From Guillardia theta CCMP2712 (Eukaryota; Protista; Cryptophyta), in contig NW_005434653.1 in NCBI RefSeq assembly GCF_000315625.1, forward strand, positions 630,638 to 694,637: a stretch of DNA of 64,000 nucleotides, given 5' to 3'. The notes under the pieces are model-generated. The model worked only from the letters and a program-made list of their open reading frames with translations, was not told where the DNA came from and searched no databases. Below are positions 1 through 13,739 of the stretch, piece by piece. A program made the position numbers and the translations under genes. The first letter of the stretch is position 1. Every line of letters starts with the position of its first letter.

Positions 1-766
1 TCTGACAGTCGCGCGCTCACAGGGTCTCAAGGAACAGCAGGAGAGTCCATGAAGGCTTTTCTCAACAAGGTGCGGGAGGTGCTGGCGAATGTTGGCTTGT
101 TGACTCGCTACCACAGACCATCCGTGAGAACAAGTCCCCCTCCGTTGTCAACCTTGGCAAGGTCAGCCTGCCGCCCATGCAGAGCAGATGCTAACTGGTG
201 GTCAGGGCGTCTATGGCTTGAGAGAGTGGCTTCTACCGTCCTCCAACTCAGCTGCTGCGAGGAACGTCCAGCTGCAGAAGCACATGACTCAGACCCCCGT
301 CAACTTGAACCTCGCGAGCACGTCGACCAACCGAAAGCCGCAGCAGCAGCCAACCTCCGCCCCTCTGCCTGGACAGCTTCCTGCAGCCTCCTCGATCCTG
401 CAGCAAGGGTACAAGAAGCCGGGCTCTGCCCTGGACTCATCGGAGATGGCGAAACTCAAGAGCAAGACGGCTGAGACCTCCTACTCTGCTCCTCAGTCTC
501 CTCCCATCTGTCATCAGTCGCAAGCCGCCACGTCCGAGAACAACACAACACCAGTGCGAACGCATCGCCCGTCCCCTCCTTCACTTCCCTCTATGCAGCT
601 GGTGAGTTGCCGAGAGTCTCGCGTGAGCGACTGAGCTGAGGGGCAGGGAGAGAAGGATCACAAGTGGGGGATCGAGAGCCTCGTGTCCTGGGAAGTGCTG
701 CAGAAGAGTGCGGCGAGCAAGGATCAGACGGACAGCAACCGCATGGAGGCCAAGGGCTCGTCGTGA
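1..766 (+). CDS. 3' part of an intron-containing hypothetical protein (S/P/Q-rich), truncated by the window start
   Basis: Coding-like ORF 188-634 flanked by short GT-AG introns; last exon reads ...KDQTDSNRMEAKGSS* (TGA 764-766). Confidence 0.45.
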
Positions 767-1069
767 GTTGATGGTTGCGTTGAAGCTCCTACTAACATGC
801 CTGCAGCAACGAGGAGCACGTGGAGACAAGTGGGCGAGCAGAGATAGGAGCCTTGTTAAATTGAGATTGTTGCTGTTGTCTGGGCGACATTGTACCATAG
901 CGCTGGCCTCGAGTCTGTGTGTAGATTGTGTGTCATAGTTTGTGATGGTGAAGTGTGTGTATGTGTGAAAGCTCTGGGACTGACGTCCTCTCGTTAAAAT
1001 TCATTGAATTCTTGAGTGCTCATAGACTCATCCCATCACCATCCTCCTTCCTTCTGCCTGGCGTTGTCT

Positions 1070-1625
1070 TCTCCTGTCCTCTCCTATCCTATCCTATCCT
1101 ATCCTCCCCTCCCCTCCCCTCCCCTCCCCTCCCCTCCCCTCCCCTCCCCTCCCCTCTCCTCCCCGTACCTGTCTCGTTCTTACTGAGGGCACATGTCAAT
1201 ATCACACCCCCTGTTATCCCAGGGTGTATTGGGAAGTAGGGGGTGGGGTAGTCCATTTTTGAACTGAAATTCGTAAGGAGAGAACAACATGCACTGCCAA
1301 AAGCAGCAGATGAAGCAGGAGGAGAAGGTGGTGGTGGTGGTGGAGGAGGAGGAGGAGGAGGATAGGAGGAGGAGCGGGAGGAGGAGGGATAGGAGGAGGA
1401 GGAGGAGGAGGAGGAGGAGGAGAGGCAGCAGGAGAAGGAGAAGGAGAAGTAGTAGTAATAGTGGTAGTAGAGGCAGGAAGAGAAGGAGAAGGAGTAGAGG
1501 CAGCAGCAGCAGCAGAGGAAGCAGGAGAAGCAGAAGCAGAAGCAGAAGCAGAAGCAGAAGTAGTAGTAGTAGAGGCAGCAGGAGAAGGAGGAGCAGGAGC
1601 AGGAGCAGGAGAAGAGGTAGGGAGA
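1070..1625. repeat. Microsatellite/low-complexity block: (CCCCT)n then (GGA)n/(GCAGAA)n
   Basis: Directly visible tandem simple repeats. Confidence 0.85.
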
Positions 1626-1934
1626 ATAGCAAAAGCTAGAGGACTACAAGAAGAAAGGGAAACTTTTCCTATTCCCAGACCAACTTGATTCGAGCGCTCA
1701 AGTTCGTCGCAGGTCCTTTCGACTTTGAACCTCTCCTTGCGTTCAAAGGGAAACGTTTGTCGAAGCCTTCCTGTTTGACTTGGATGAGAGCCCTTGTTTG
1801 AGATCTCCTACCCCCCCCTCCTCTCTCCTCTACCGTTCTTCCTGTCTTTCTCCCTCCCTCCCCTCCTCTCTCCTCTCGCTCTCCACCTTCGCTCCTTCCT
1901 CGCATCGCACTCCTCGTCTTGACGGTGGGGCCTC

Positions 1935-4497
1935 ATGAAGGAAGCAAGCTCGCAAGAGGTCAAGCTCAACGCCAACGCCGTCAACCTCCTCCGCGACGTC
2001 TATGAAGCCTACTGCGTCACCCAGCAGCAGCGGCCAGGAGGGTCGAAGATCGAGCTCGGCGTAAGAGGATGGGAAACTTTCTGCTCCGACTGCGAGCTCG
2101 TGGGAGGCAACCTGACGCTTCCCGCGCTGCGAAAAATCTTTGAGGAGGAGGACAAGGACGGGCGAGGGCTGCTGAGCTTCGAGAGCTTCTTGCGCGCTCT
2201 TTCAGCAGTGAGCGACAACATGTTCGAGGACGAGGACGACGCCATGTCGCGTCTCGTGTACTTCAAGGTCATCAAATTTGGGAGATTGACGAGGAGCAGC
2301 GGCAGGGAGAAGGAGGAGGGGGAGGAGGAGGACGAGGTATCTTGGGATGACAGTCGCTTCTCCTTCCGCGCAGCTCCGTCGGAGGAGAGCGCGCAGCTAC
2401 TGAAGCAGCATCTCGAGTGCAGCAAGGAGAGCGCAAAGCTGTCGACACTGGGGCCTCTGCTGGTGGGAGCTTACCTGTACTACAAGGGCTCAAGCCCCCT
2501 CCTCTCCCTCCAAGGCATGGTTCAAATCTGCTTCGACCTCGGCATCGTCCCCTCCTTGCTCTCCTACACGCAGGTACAAGCTCGCTTCCGTGCCTTCTGC
2601 TCCTCCTCCCCTCCCGAGCCCCAGGGCCTCAACTACGTCGGGATGATGCGATGCCTGCGGGCGTGCGCGGACTCTGCGTTCAGAGGAGACCCGAGCGGGA
2701 AGGACTCGACGACGATGCTGGTGGAGCGGATGATCAGCCCGCCGATGCTCTCGCGGGAGGTCGACAAGCCTCGCTCCTACTTCGCCATGGAGAGCCGTAA
2801 GGTCGGGGGCCAGCTCGGAGTGAGCCGACAAGATGAGGAAGAGGAGAGGGAGAAGGGGAGGCGCGCGAGAGAAGCTGGGCTGCAGTTGGGGGGCGACAGT
2901 GGAAGTAGCGGGCAAGAGGAGGGGGAAGACAAGGAGCTTGAACGAGCTCTGCAACGGCTGGAGGAGGAGCTGAAACGGCAGATGGATGAGCTGGCGAGCA
3001 AGTACGCGGAGAAGGAGGTTGGGATCAAGAGACAGCGCGAGGCAGCTCGGAAGCAGCTGGAGGAGGAGTGTGCGATGAAGCTGCTCGAGTCAGAGTCTCG
3101 GCTCTACCTCAACCTCTCCAAGTTCCATCCCTCCCAGCAGCTCCTCGACCTCAAGTCCAAGGCCCGCGCCCTCCAGGTGGCCAAACACGCGAGCGCGAGC
3201 GAGCGGATTGAGGTGGAGGAGGAGGTGAGGGTGAGGGAGACGGAAGAGCGCGAGAAGTTCCGGGAGAAGGTGAGGATGGAGCACCAGGTGCTGCATGCTC
3301 GAGTCAAGATGGAGGTGGAGAAGGCGAAGACTCGGTTCGAGGAGGAGACGCAGAGCCTGCAGGGGGAAACGCTGGCGCTCATGGAGACAGACTTCCAGAG
3401 CATGCGACAGAAGGTCTCCTCCTCCCTCTCCTTCTCTCTCGCCCTCTCCCTCCCTTCCTGCACCTCCTTGGTCGTCTTTCTGCTACCTCGGCGTCTTCCT
3501 GATCCTCATCTCCCTTCTTCCTCCCACAGCACAACTCTTTCCTTGTCCTCGTCACTTCTCGCTGCCTGCCTGTCTGACTTTCTCTCCTCCCCCTGCTCCG
3601 CTCATTTCCCTTCCTCGCAGTATGAAACCAAGCGCGCGGCTCTACAGCAGCTTCACGCGAGGAGCAAGACGTCAGAGGCAAGCAAGTTCGCCTTCCTGTC
3701 CGCCATCGCCGAGAAGTCCAAGGGAAGGAAGACAAGCGTTCCTCCTCTCGACCTGCACCTCAAGCTCGACTCGTCCCATGCCAACCAGCTGGACAGCAGC
3801 AGAAGGAGAGGAGGAGGAGGAGGAGGAGGCACCCAACGGTCTGCGAGGTCTACTGCCTCTCAGCCTTCTCTTGCTCCGACGACGCCGCGAGCGAGACAGA
3901 AGGCAGGAGGAGGAAGGAGAGCGACGGAGATGTTGCAGCGGGTGCTGCGGGAGATCTTTGACAACGTGCTGGAGGCTTTTGTGTTCCTCGACATGGACGG
4001 GTCTGACTGCATCCTCCGCTACCAACTCGCACGACAAATGCAGAGGATCGCTCCCCATGTCTCCTTCGAGCAGGTCAAACACCACCAGCTGCTTATCCTC
4101 CCCCTCCTCCCTCCTCTCCTCCTTCCCCCCCCTCTCTTCTTTCCTCTCCTCCTTCCCCCCTCTCTCTTCTCTCCTCTCCTCCTTCCCCCCTCTCTCTTCT
4201 CTCCTCTCCTCCTTCCCCCCCCCTCTCTTCTCTCCTCTCCTCCTTCCCCCCTCTCCCTTCTCTCCTCTCCTTCCCTTCTTCCCTCTTGCTGATTCTTAGG
4301 TTTGCTGGGAGCAGGTGATGGTGGAGGTGGACGGCAAGAGCAGCAACAACAGCATCCCCCTGCTCAAGTTCGTGCAGCACTTCTCATGGCCTGACGGCAT
4401 CGCCGACAGACAGCGAGAGTACGAGAAGCTGAAGCTCAACCGCAGAGAGGTAACACGAAGAGAAGATGAAAACATACTCAATACTCGATCATAAAAA

Positions 4498-4539
<42 letters not shown>

Positions 4540-6959
4540 GAAATCAACATCGCCATCATCATCTCCAAATTCTTCACTTTCATCGCCTCTGATCATCTGC
4601 TGCAGGTCCTCGCAAAGTTTGAGAGGTGGAGGAGGAGCAAGCTCGACGAGGTCACCAACGCGTTCGTTGCCAAGAAGCCGGCGGGGACGGTAGAGGCGAA
4701 GAGAGCAGAGAGCAAGACGATCATGGCGACGTCCCCTCGTCCTCCTCCCTCCTGCGTCGACGACTCCTCGGTGAGCAGCTGCAAGGTCCCCGATCTCTCC
4801 TCCTCCTCCTCCGCCTTCCGTGCCAAGTCAGCTCCTCGCGAGAGGCCCTCGCAGAGCAAGCTTGACCGGCTGGTGAGAGGGGAGGAGGTGTCGCGGAGAG
4901 GAGCTCGCGGGGCCCACGACGGGGACGGGGGAGAGACAAGGAGGAAGGCATGGGTGTCCGATGCTGTTCGAGATGCGGAGGTAAAGAAGCTGGAGAGAGA
5001 AAAGAGGAAGGTAACCCTCATCGCCATTCGTTCTTTACCACCCTCCTCCTCCTCCTCCTCCTCCTCTCATTCTTGTCGTAGCTTGCAGTACAGCTCCTCG
5101 ATGCCGAGAGAAAGCTTGCTCTCGCCAGCTCGGCAGCAGCAGCGGAGGGGGATGAAGCGAAGGGCTCGCTATCCTCGTCTCGTCGACACAGCTCGAGGGC
5201 ACAGGCAAGGTCTCCTCCTCCCTTCGTGGGCCCCAAGGGAGCGTACAAGGAGGAGAAGAGCGTCGCGATGTTCGAGGAGGGAGCCGCCAATTTCGTCGTG
5301 TCTAAGACGGGCCTGTGGGCTCCTGTGCCCCGCGGCGCTGCGGAGAAGAGCAACGAGGAGGATTCGAAGATGCCGCGGCCGGGGGATGGGGAGGAGAGAG
5401 AAGCAGCAGGCATGAAGGAGGTCAGGCCGCAGCAGGGGGTAGGAGGCGGCGCTGGGGAGGAGAGGCAGACGGCCTCGCATCCTCCGCTGGCTGCCTTGGC
5501 GTCGAGGCAGGACGACTGGCTGGACACGTGCATCCAGGTGCGAGCGAGAGGAGGGAGGAGACGATGACGTCCTTGCAGATGATCAGCGGGTTTGTGGGTC
5601 AAGATCTCGAGAAGCGAGAGGTGAGAGAGGAGGAGAGGAAGGACGGAGGAGGAGGAGGAGGAGGAGGAGGAGGAGGAGGAGGAGGTGTCGTTCTGAATAC
5701 TATCAGGCCTCTCAAACGGAAGAGAGGTATCACTCGCTCGCTCAGGTTCCTTCTCCTCCCCTCTCGTGCTTGTCCGCTGACTTGAATATCAAGATAAGAC
5801 CAGAAGGACAAGGTGGCCCTGCACCACCGTTTCCTCCTTTCCCCCCTCCTCTCTCCTCTCTTCCTCCCTCCCTCTTATCCGGGTCCCTCACGTAGCTCAC
5901 GTAGGAAGAGTATCCGGCAGCTTGGAGGAGGCCATCAGCTTCGCTTCCGACCAGTCTCCCTCCCACCTTCTGGCCGATCATCCCACCAGGAGCCTCGTCG
6001 ACCCCACATGGAGCCCTCTCGAGCTCGACCAGTCCGCTCCTCCTCGTCCTCGCCCTGTTGAGATGGATACTTCCGCCCACTGGGACATCAGCCCGGGTTC
6101 GGGCGACATGCGCGCCTCCTCGTCGCTTCCCTCGCGCTTCCAGGCTGCCGTGGCGGAGCAGGAGGAGGAGGATCAAGTGCCTGTGGCGAGCCTAGAGGAA
6201 GACTTCAACGGCTACCAGGAGCTCACAATTACCGACGTGCTTGGAGAGGTAGGGAAGGAGGAGGAGGACGGGAGGTGACGAGGTGAGGCAGAGGAGGAAG
6301 GAGCAGATGCTTCCTTGGAGCCTGGACGTGGCCATGCGAGCGACCATTCAGGAGATGTCAGGAGGTGAAGCAGCTGAGCCACTGAGCCGCTTCCTCGAGG
6401 TGACGAGCCGCGCAGACCTGGAGCAGGCGGAAGACGCGAGGGAGCAGGACAAGCCCCACGGGCACAACCGACAGCAAGTCGCTGCTCGTGCGGGGAAGGA
6501 GGAGGAAACCGCAAGCCACATCGCGAGGAAGCAGGCATGGTTCAAGAAGAAGCTGGTGCCTCGCTCCTCTCCCGCCCCTCCCTCGCGTCCCTCACGTCGC
6601 TTGCAGATGGCTGACTCGTCGGAGAGCGAGGACGAGGACCGCGAGAAGCATCGGCGCGAGGAGGAGAAGCCTCGGGCCCGTACCGATGAAGACGAGGACG
6701 ACTCGAGCGAGGAGGAGCACGAAGAGCTCATGTCGCGAGTGCTGGGGAAGAGCAACAAGGTTGAGCAGGAGGAAGCGAAGAGGACGAATCATCGGGACGT
6801 GGCTGCCAACTTCATCAAGGTAGGCCGAACAGACGCTGTCCTCATTCCGCGATGATGTGAGGGCAGGCGCTGAACGACGACGAGGAGGAGGACGACGACG
6901 ACGACGAAGAGTTTGCCAAGGCGCTAAGACAAGGGAGGTTTCAAGCAGTTTTGCGATGA
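1935..6959 (+). CDS. Large multi-exon protein with EF-hand/p25alpha-like N-terminal region, coiled coil and a second EF-hand-like motif (may be two genes)
   Basis: ORF 1935-4292 contains EF-hand-like loops DKDGRGLLSFESF and DMDGSDCILRYQL and an E/K/R-rich coiled coil; microsatellite-filled GT-AG introns link downstream exons; last exon ...EEFAKALRQGRFQAVLR*. Confidence 0.55.
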
Positions 6960-7060
6960 GGAAGGGAGAAATGAAATGTCTGTGAGGAAGTTGTACAAGA
7001 ATGCTCCAAGAGGTTCACTGGCAAGTAGGAGGCACCTCGACCCGCTCTGGCTCGCTGCCT

Positions 7061-7507
7061 TCACTTGACATGCTTGTCGATGGATGCAACGAGAGCGGCA
7101 GACGAGGCTCCCACCAGCTCCTCCACCTTCCCTCCATCCTTCAAGAGGATGAAAGTAGGAACAGCTCTGCTTACGCGTCAACTGCTGCGGCGAGAGGGCG
7201 AGGTGAAGAGGAAAGAGAGAGACGACATACCTTATCGAATTGCTTGCCGCCACATCGTCTGCTTCGTCCACGTCGACCTTCAGGAAGGAAACTTTGTCTC
7301 CGTACTTCGCCGCAAGATTCTGCACCTATGGAAATCCTCACCCTCCTCCCTACACGGAACATCCGCTACCTCGGGCCAAATCCTCTGACATGGTCCACAC
7401 CACTTGGCTGTGTGATAGGCTACAACGAGCTTCGACTTGACATCTGCCGCTGCTTTGTACTCCTGCATATTGTTCACGATCTTGACGGCCGAGGCGTCCG
7501 AGGCCAT
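7061..7507 (-). CDS. Thioredoxin (spliced, 2 introns)
   Basis: MASDASAVKIV...AKWCGPCQRIWP (WCGPC active site), FLKVDVDE, AVPTF, ending ...IDKHVK*. Confidence 0.92.
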
Positions 7508-8169
7508 GGTTCTTCTTCCCTGTACGTCAAACTGTCTGTTTGGAAGGGGAGCTGCACAAATGGTGAGAAGAGTGACATGGATGTTGAGGAAACCATGCCT
7601 GACCAAGCTCTCGGGGGCGCCAAACAGAACCTGGGGGTTGTACATGTCTTTGTTAGGGGGAGGGCGCAAAGTGGAAACAGGACATGAAGGGAAAGCTTCA
7701 AATATGATGAGTAAAGAAGAGCAGAGATGTCACAGTTTCAGCTCTTTATGTGTCGGTAAGAAAAAGAAAAAGGATTTGAAAGGAATCGGATGGAGGAGGG
7801 AGAAGAATGCTTGTATTTGGAAAGCAAAGGGGAAGGGAAACATGCAGGAAGACTGCACAAGGAGAGATGACTGTGGAAAAGAGAGAGCGAGAAAGGCATG
7901 CATGCATGAAGTGGGGCGGCTTGGATCCTATACCTGCTCGTCATTCTCCTCGCCCCCACCATCTTCGCTCCTCCTACCACCATTACAAGCGCCGCCCTGC
8001 GCATCATAGAGAGCGGATACTACCCCGTCATAGATGACCCCCCCTTTACATCAGATCTATCCAATCACCCCTACCCACTATATTGAGTAGGATACAGGGG
8101 GTTATCTATAGCGATGTACTACCACTACCGGCCACGTTCATTACCCACCCCACACAACTCAGTGACTCC

Positions 8170-8680
8170 TCTTGGCCCGCCTCAGGTATGTCAGTTGCGG
8201 GCCGGCGTACCGTACCGGGCCCGGGCCGGCCCCGGCGGGGGCCGGCCGGGCCCGGCCACTCAGCCTAGTACCGGGTGACTCAGGCCCCACGCCGGGCCTG
8301 GACTCTCAAGTCTGCCGCTGTGCGTGTTTGTACTTGACTTACACTCGTTTCCTGGCATGAGACACCGTCCCGGTGGCACTGAATCAGGCTGACTCAGTAT
8401 TCAACTGGCAAACTGAGTCCCCAGCTTTTTCAAATAAGCTTTCAGTTTGCCAGCCTGTTGTGTCCACGTACCGCCCACGGCGGTGGTTGGCCGGGCCATC
8501 ATGGCATCGCGGCTCAGGGCCCGGCGGCCCGGCCCCCGGGCCGGGCCGGGATCATGCCGGACTGCTAGGCGGCTCGGGTCCCGACCCGGTGACCGGGTCC
8601 CCGCCGGGGGCCCCCGCCGGGGTGGCATCACTGTCTCAGCCCGAGGGTCACCCACCCTGGATGTCGCCGGGCTTTCCGTA
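8170..8680. repeat. GC-rich block of short palindromic words (CCGG, GGCC, GTAC, TGACTCA); dispersed family
   Basis: Same vocabulary recurs at 13740-14045, 26455-26620 and 56473-56820; no credible ORF. Confidence 0.55.
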
Positions 8681-9089
8681 CCCCTCCATCCAATACTATG
8701 ATACTTCAAATGACTCTCATACCCCCTGCTTTGAGTTGTTAAGTACCATGTTCCTGACCTTCATGACCCTACCCCTCCCACTCTGTCTGACACCCCCACC
8801 CACTTAAAATCGGTCTCGGGAATAGCCGGAACCTCCGCACAGACTGGAGGCTCGACGATCTCTGAATATTCTTGCGGTGAGGGTGTTGAGAGAAATATAA
8901 TTTCTATGATTTTAAAAAGATATACGTACTGGTTGTAATTTTACTTTCAAATTTCAACTTATATTGATGAATATTCGAGCTATGAAACAAATTAACTTTC
9001 TGGGTTTTGAGGTGGAGGAAAATCATTGCTTCCGACGGAAATTTTGTCTAGGACACAAAGTGAACTCGAGACAAGCCCAACACCCCCAG

Positions 9090-9262
9090 ACAGCAGGAGC
9101 AGGAGCGGGAGAGGGAGAGGGAGCAGGAGCAGGGAGCAGGAGCAGGGAGAAGGGAGCAGGCAGCAGGCAGCAGGCAGCAGGCAGCAGGCAGCAGGCAGCA
9201 GGCAGCAGGCAGCAGGCAGCAGGCAGCAGGCAGCAGGCAGCAGGCAGCAGGCAGCAGGCAGC
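9090..9262. repeat. Microsatellite, mainly the 7-mer (CAGGCAG)n
   Basis: Direct observation. Confidence 0.9.
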
Positions 9263-9340
9263 AATCGTTGCAATGCTTTTGATGGCCATGCGGTGCTTGT
9301 AAAGAGACGTGGGTTGTTTGCGATGACTTCAAGTGAGTAG

Positions 9341-10082
9341 ATGGGCAACAACTCTAGCAGAGGGTCGCTCATGTCCCCTCGTCAACCTGTAAGCATCCTG
9401 AGAGTGCTCTGTGCACGACCTGACCAAAGGAGGCAGAGGCCCTCGCGAAGCAGAACTTGTTCGGTCTGCGCGTCAGAACTCACTCTTTCGTGGAACTGCG
9501 AGGTACAGGAGATGAAGGGGACGGTGAATGCGAGGGAGTTGGGGAATTTTCTTACTTGCACTTCACTCACAAGATACATCAGTTCTGTGCGAGGAGGAAG
9601 CTTGGGGTTCCACCGCCAAACTCTCCTTTCAACCTCAGTGTGCGATCAGATCTTTTTGTATCGGAGACAGATGATGAGCTGAGGAGAAGACTGGGATGGG
9701 AAGAGGAGATCTTCAGCGCGATTCTTGATCTACAACGGAGACCTCCCGAGCTCCTTCGCTCGCGCTACCTCATGGGCGACATCGAGCGAGAACTTCTCTC
9801 CCGCAAAGTTGAGGTGACGCTGAGCCGGCCTCCCTCCTCTTCCTTACAACGACTGCACAGGATCTGGTGATGCAGCTGGAGCAATACTTGGGCATGGAGG
9901 AGAGAAGCTTCTCTGACGGTGACATGAGGAGCAGAAGGGCGTGGGAGCACGAGATGGAGTTGCGGATAGACAGACTACGACAGGAGGAAGCGATTGAACC
10001 CTCAGATGTCATGCAGTGGAAGCAAATGCTAGAGCAGGTAGAGGAGGAGAAGCTCATGCTGTGCCGAAACACAGAGGTTTGA
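9341..10082 (+). CDS. Hypothetical multi-exon protein with possible N-myristoylation signal (MGNNSS)
   Basis: Coding-like exons separated by short GT-AG introns; MGxxxS start; ends ...KLMLCRNTEV*. Confidence 0.45.
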
Positions 10083-10139
10083 GAGCCCTACTTCCCCTCC
10101 CTTCCCCCTCTCCTCTTCTCCTGCTCCCTTCGTCCTGCT

Positions 10140-12860
10140 TGAGCGTTGACGATCATATCAGGAGCTGCTGAACGTGGTGGAGGTGAGAATGAAGGAGGTT
10201 GAGTGCTTGTAGATGTGAACGGACTTGATAATATAGTCTTTGTTGGTAAAAGAATATCGCGCTCATCCATTGTTTGCTGGTAACATCCGCACTCTGCGGT
10301 TCTCCAGCACCGTCACCATGTGAGACATTTTGTGTTGAAGCTCATCAACTTTTCGGATCTGCTCCTGCTCATCAACCCATCACGCTCGGCAGGAACTCAA
10401 GGCTTCTTTACTTGGATGTATCCTCCCAGTGCCTTCTTCGCCCCGCTTCCTCCTGCATGCACCGCCACTTGTCTCTCTCCCACCTCCTTACTCCGATCTC
10501 TTCTCTCAACGTTGATCGCCAGCTGGAATTCACTGTAGGTTTGTGATCCTGATTGAGCTGAACAAGAGTTTGGATTCGGCTGGGCAGGCTCAAGTCAACT
10601 CAGGAGGCAGCAAGCTTCTCTTCGAGCAGGCCTACCGTGCCGCAAAGGGAGGGCCCTTGCGTCCAAGAGGTCGGCATGGCGCTTAGCGTGGACACGCTCT
10701 CTTGGTCGCATCTGCACCCGCAGGTCACTGAAGGTCTGGGAGGCGCTTCTTGAGCTCTCGAAGACTTACTCCGGGTCTGCTCTGCGAGGGCAGCCCTGCA
10801 GGTGATGCGCTCCATGCTCTGCGACAAGTCACAAGAGAAGCGCAGAGAGCTTCACATCACGAATCAGTGTGTACTCCGACGATGACCGCAGCCCGCAAAA
10901 TTTACACGTGAACATCTAAGATAGAGAATGGGTGCCATGCAAGTGAGATCAGTCTCAACGAACCTCTTGCCTTGGTTCTGCTGAGACCTTCGACTCCTTC
11001 TCAGTCAAAGTCCCTTGCAAGTCCTCGAGCTGCGTGGACATTCACCCAACATCTAACAAGCTGTAGACAGCACCTGCTTCTTCTTCAAGAGCAGCTCCAA
11101 CTTTAAGATCAGCTCCTGCAGTTGCTGATTCGCCTTATGGTGGGAGCCTAGAGAGGGAGTGAGACTGAGGCGGGTTCTCTTTGCAGGTCCCACTCACTCA
11201 GATTTCGTGAGCTTGCGGTAGAAGTTGCTTGGGAGACTTCGGAGCCCATAAGCACCTGAGACTGCAGCAGCTCCTGCTTATGCGCCAGCTGAGATTGCAG
11301 CAGCCGGCGTTTCAACCCCAGCAGCATGGTCTGCGCCTCGAGGATCCCCTCGGGCTGTGGAGGAGACGCGGGTTGCTGCCAGCCGAGTCATGAAGGAGGA
11401 CATGCCAGGCAGGCTCACGGTCTTGAGCTTGGTGGCCCGCGCGATGCCGTCGTTGAGGGCATTGTCGTACCTGAAAGCCGTCCACTTGTCGTTGCGCGAG
11501 GCTGCGGGGCTGACGCATCCGACGGAGTCAGGGGGGAACGATTGAGGAGAGATTGTTACAGAGGAGAGCGGCAAGGAGAGTCTGGAAGGTCGTCGAGATT
11601 TCTGGCGATGGTGAGAAGCCCCAGCTGTTTGCAGATGTCGTTGCATTGGTGGCTGTTGAAGAAGCTGAGAATGCCTTCCCTGCCGATGTTTCCGATGCCT
11701 TCAAAGACGGTCATCACTATGGCTCAAAGTCAGAGGCGAGGCTACCAAAACTCTTCCCATCGATGCTGTGAATCTGAGGAGCAGAATCAGTCGGTATCAA
11801 TCATATGCTGCGCCACCTGAGGGTCTGTGTAGAAGGTCCCAACCCCCTGTATGTCGCACACCAGCAACCTTCTGTTCGAGATGTGGTGCGTGAAGTGACT
11901 GAAAGCCTGCGGAACTTTTTCTTTCGACTCCACGTTGCCGTCGTTGTCGTTGTGCTTCACGTACTTGCCCTCTAGGAGAGGCTCCACGTTGATTAGCCTC
12001 CCCTCGCATTCAATAAGCTGCACAACACTGACAGGGAGAAACTGCCAAGCAAGGATCAGAGTAAGTTGGGTCATTTCAAGATAAACCTTGATGGAGACTT
12101 GCTGTCCATGCTCTGATACTTTCTTGCTGTTGAACAAGCGAGCAAAACTCTCTGCCACCTTTTAGAAGAATCAATGAAATCCAAGAGGTGGGACGCATGA
12201 AATAGTAGGAAAGGTGAAGTGAGGGAGAGGGAGAGGGAGAAGGAGAGGGAGAGGGGGAGGGTTCCAGACCGTCTGCGTCATCGCCTCATCGAAGTAGATC
12301 TTGTCTTCCTATTACAAGGTATCACATCATCTCACTCCACCATGAGTGAGTACAATCTTGGGGGGCACGATCTCGGGCTTGAATATCTTGGCGACATGTT
12401 GTTTTTGTATCCCGATGGAATCGATTAGCGTCATTTTCACGCACCATCGCATTCCACCCTCCGCCAAGGGCTTGTCATCCAGCAACACCTGTCATCAAAC
12501 TTTTACCTACTTGGATCTCTCGAGGGGTTGACAAGAGAGGAGAAGAGAGGGAAAGACGGAGAGCTCACTGAGCATGGTTCTTGTGACCAGACTTCGTTGC
12601 CGACATCGTAAGTGTACTTGATGCCCTTGCTCGAAACGTCAGGCAACAAAAGCTGTTGAGCTCAGCAAACACTTTTTGGCATCGACGGATTTGACCTGGT
12701 TGATACTTCTTGAGAAGATCTTTGCCAGCACTGCAGAGAGGCATCAAAGTCAAGCAGAACCCCCAAAGCAACGGAAAGACCGTTTCTTCTTCCGTTCCAT
12801 CATTTGAGACGATATGCTTTCAACATCACCAGCTAGGATGTGAGATCCAACCCCCGGCAC
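10140..12860 (-). CDS. Alpha-kinase (eEF2K/myosin heavy chain kinase family) with long C-terminal extension; ends approximate
   Basis: Spliced motifs PLAEGGMRWC, VAKIF, YFDEAMTQ, VEPLLEGKYVKHNDNDG, PQAFSHFT, LLVCDIQGVG-YTDPQIH, GIGNIG, HQCNDIC. Confidence 0.88.
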
Positions 12861-13739
12861 ACAAGACCATCATGGCACGTTGCCTTTCTCAAGCAAATTC
12901 ACAGCATGTCGAGCTGTAACATTCGTCGCTTCCATCATCTCTTTCTACCATCTGCTTCGTTGGCATTAGCAACTTTTATCATCCTCCCTTCGTCTCTTCC
13001 CCCAACACCTTTCCTTCCCTGACGCCCTCCCTCCCTCTTTCTCACCCGATCCTTTCATATTCGTACCCTTATTCCCGTTCGTCCCTCTCCTCCCTTCCCT
13101 TCGCTCCTCTTCCCTCCGTTCCTTCCCCTCCCGATTACTCCATCCCACCTTTCCTTCCTTCCTCACTCTCCTTCTCTTCGCTTCCTTTCAGGCTCTCTTG
13201 TTCGCTCCCTCCTCTCTCCCTCCCTCTCATTCCCCTACAGCTTCTCCCCAACTCTCCATACTTTCTACCTTGAGGTCTGGAGGTACACCCTAAACCTCTA
13301 CCCCCCCCCCCTGATCTCTCCAAAAATCACCTGATTGGATAGGGTGGTGGGTTAGACGATGGGTTCCCGTGCTGCCGGACCTACCGACCTGTCCAGGGGT
13401 GGGGGTATATCATGATCAGACCAATCAAGGGGTAGGGTGGTTAGCATTCCATTACGCCGGAGACCGGTGGGTACCTGGCAGTCGAAAGCAAAGGACGAAG
13501 TTGGGGTAGGAATCTCTATTGATCACAGAGGGTGGGGTGGGGACTGTACTATCAATGAACCTAGGGTGGGGTGATTCGGACGGGCTTGCCTGGGACGGGT
13601 ATTAGCCCAGGCACCCAGGGCGGTCCGGCAGGATGCCAGTCATAGAGGAGGGGTGGTCAAGATGGGAGTATGGGGGGTCCTGGGGGTACCTCCCCTGGTA
13701 ATAAACAAACTGGGGGGAAAGGAGATCACCGGGACTAGT

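Noticed and set aside
1180-1688. Poly-L, poly-R/S and poly-E ORFs (also at ~9000, 27600, 48700, 51000, 57000, 62800)
   Set aside because: Translations of microsatellites.
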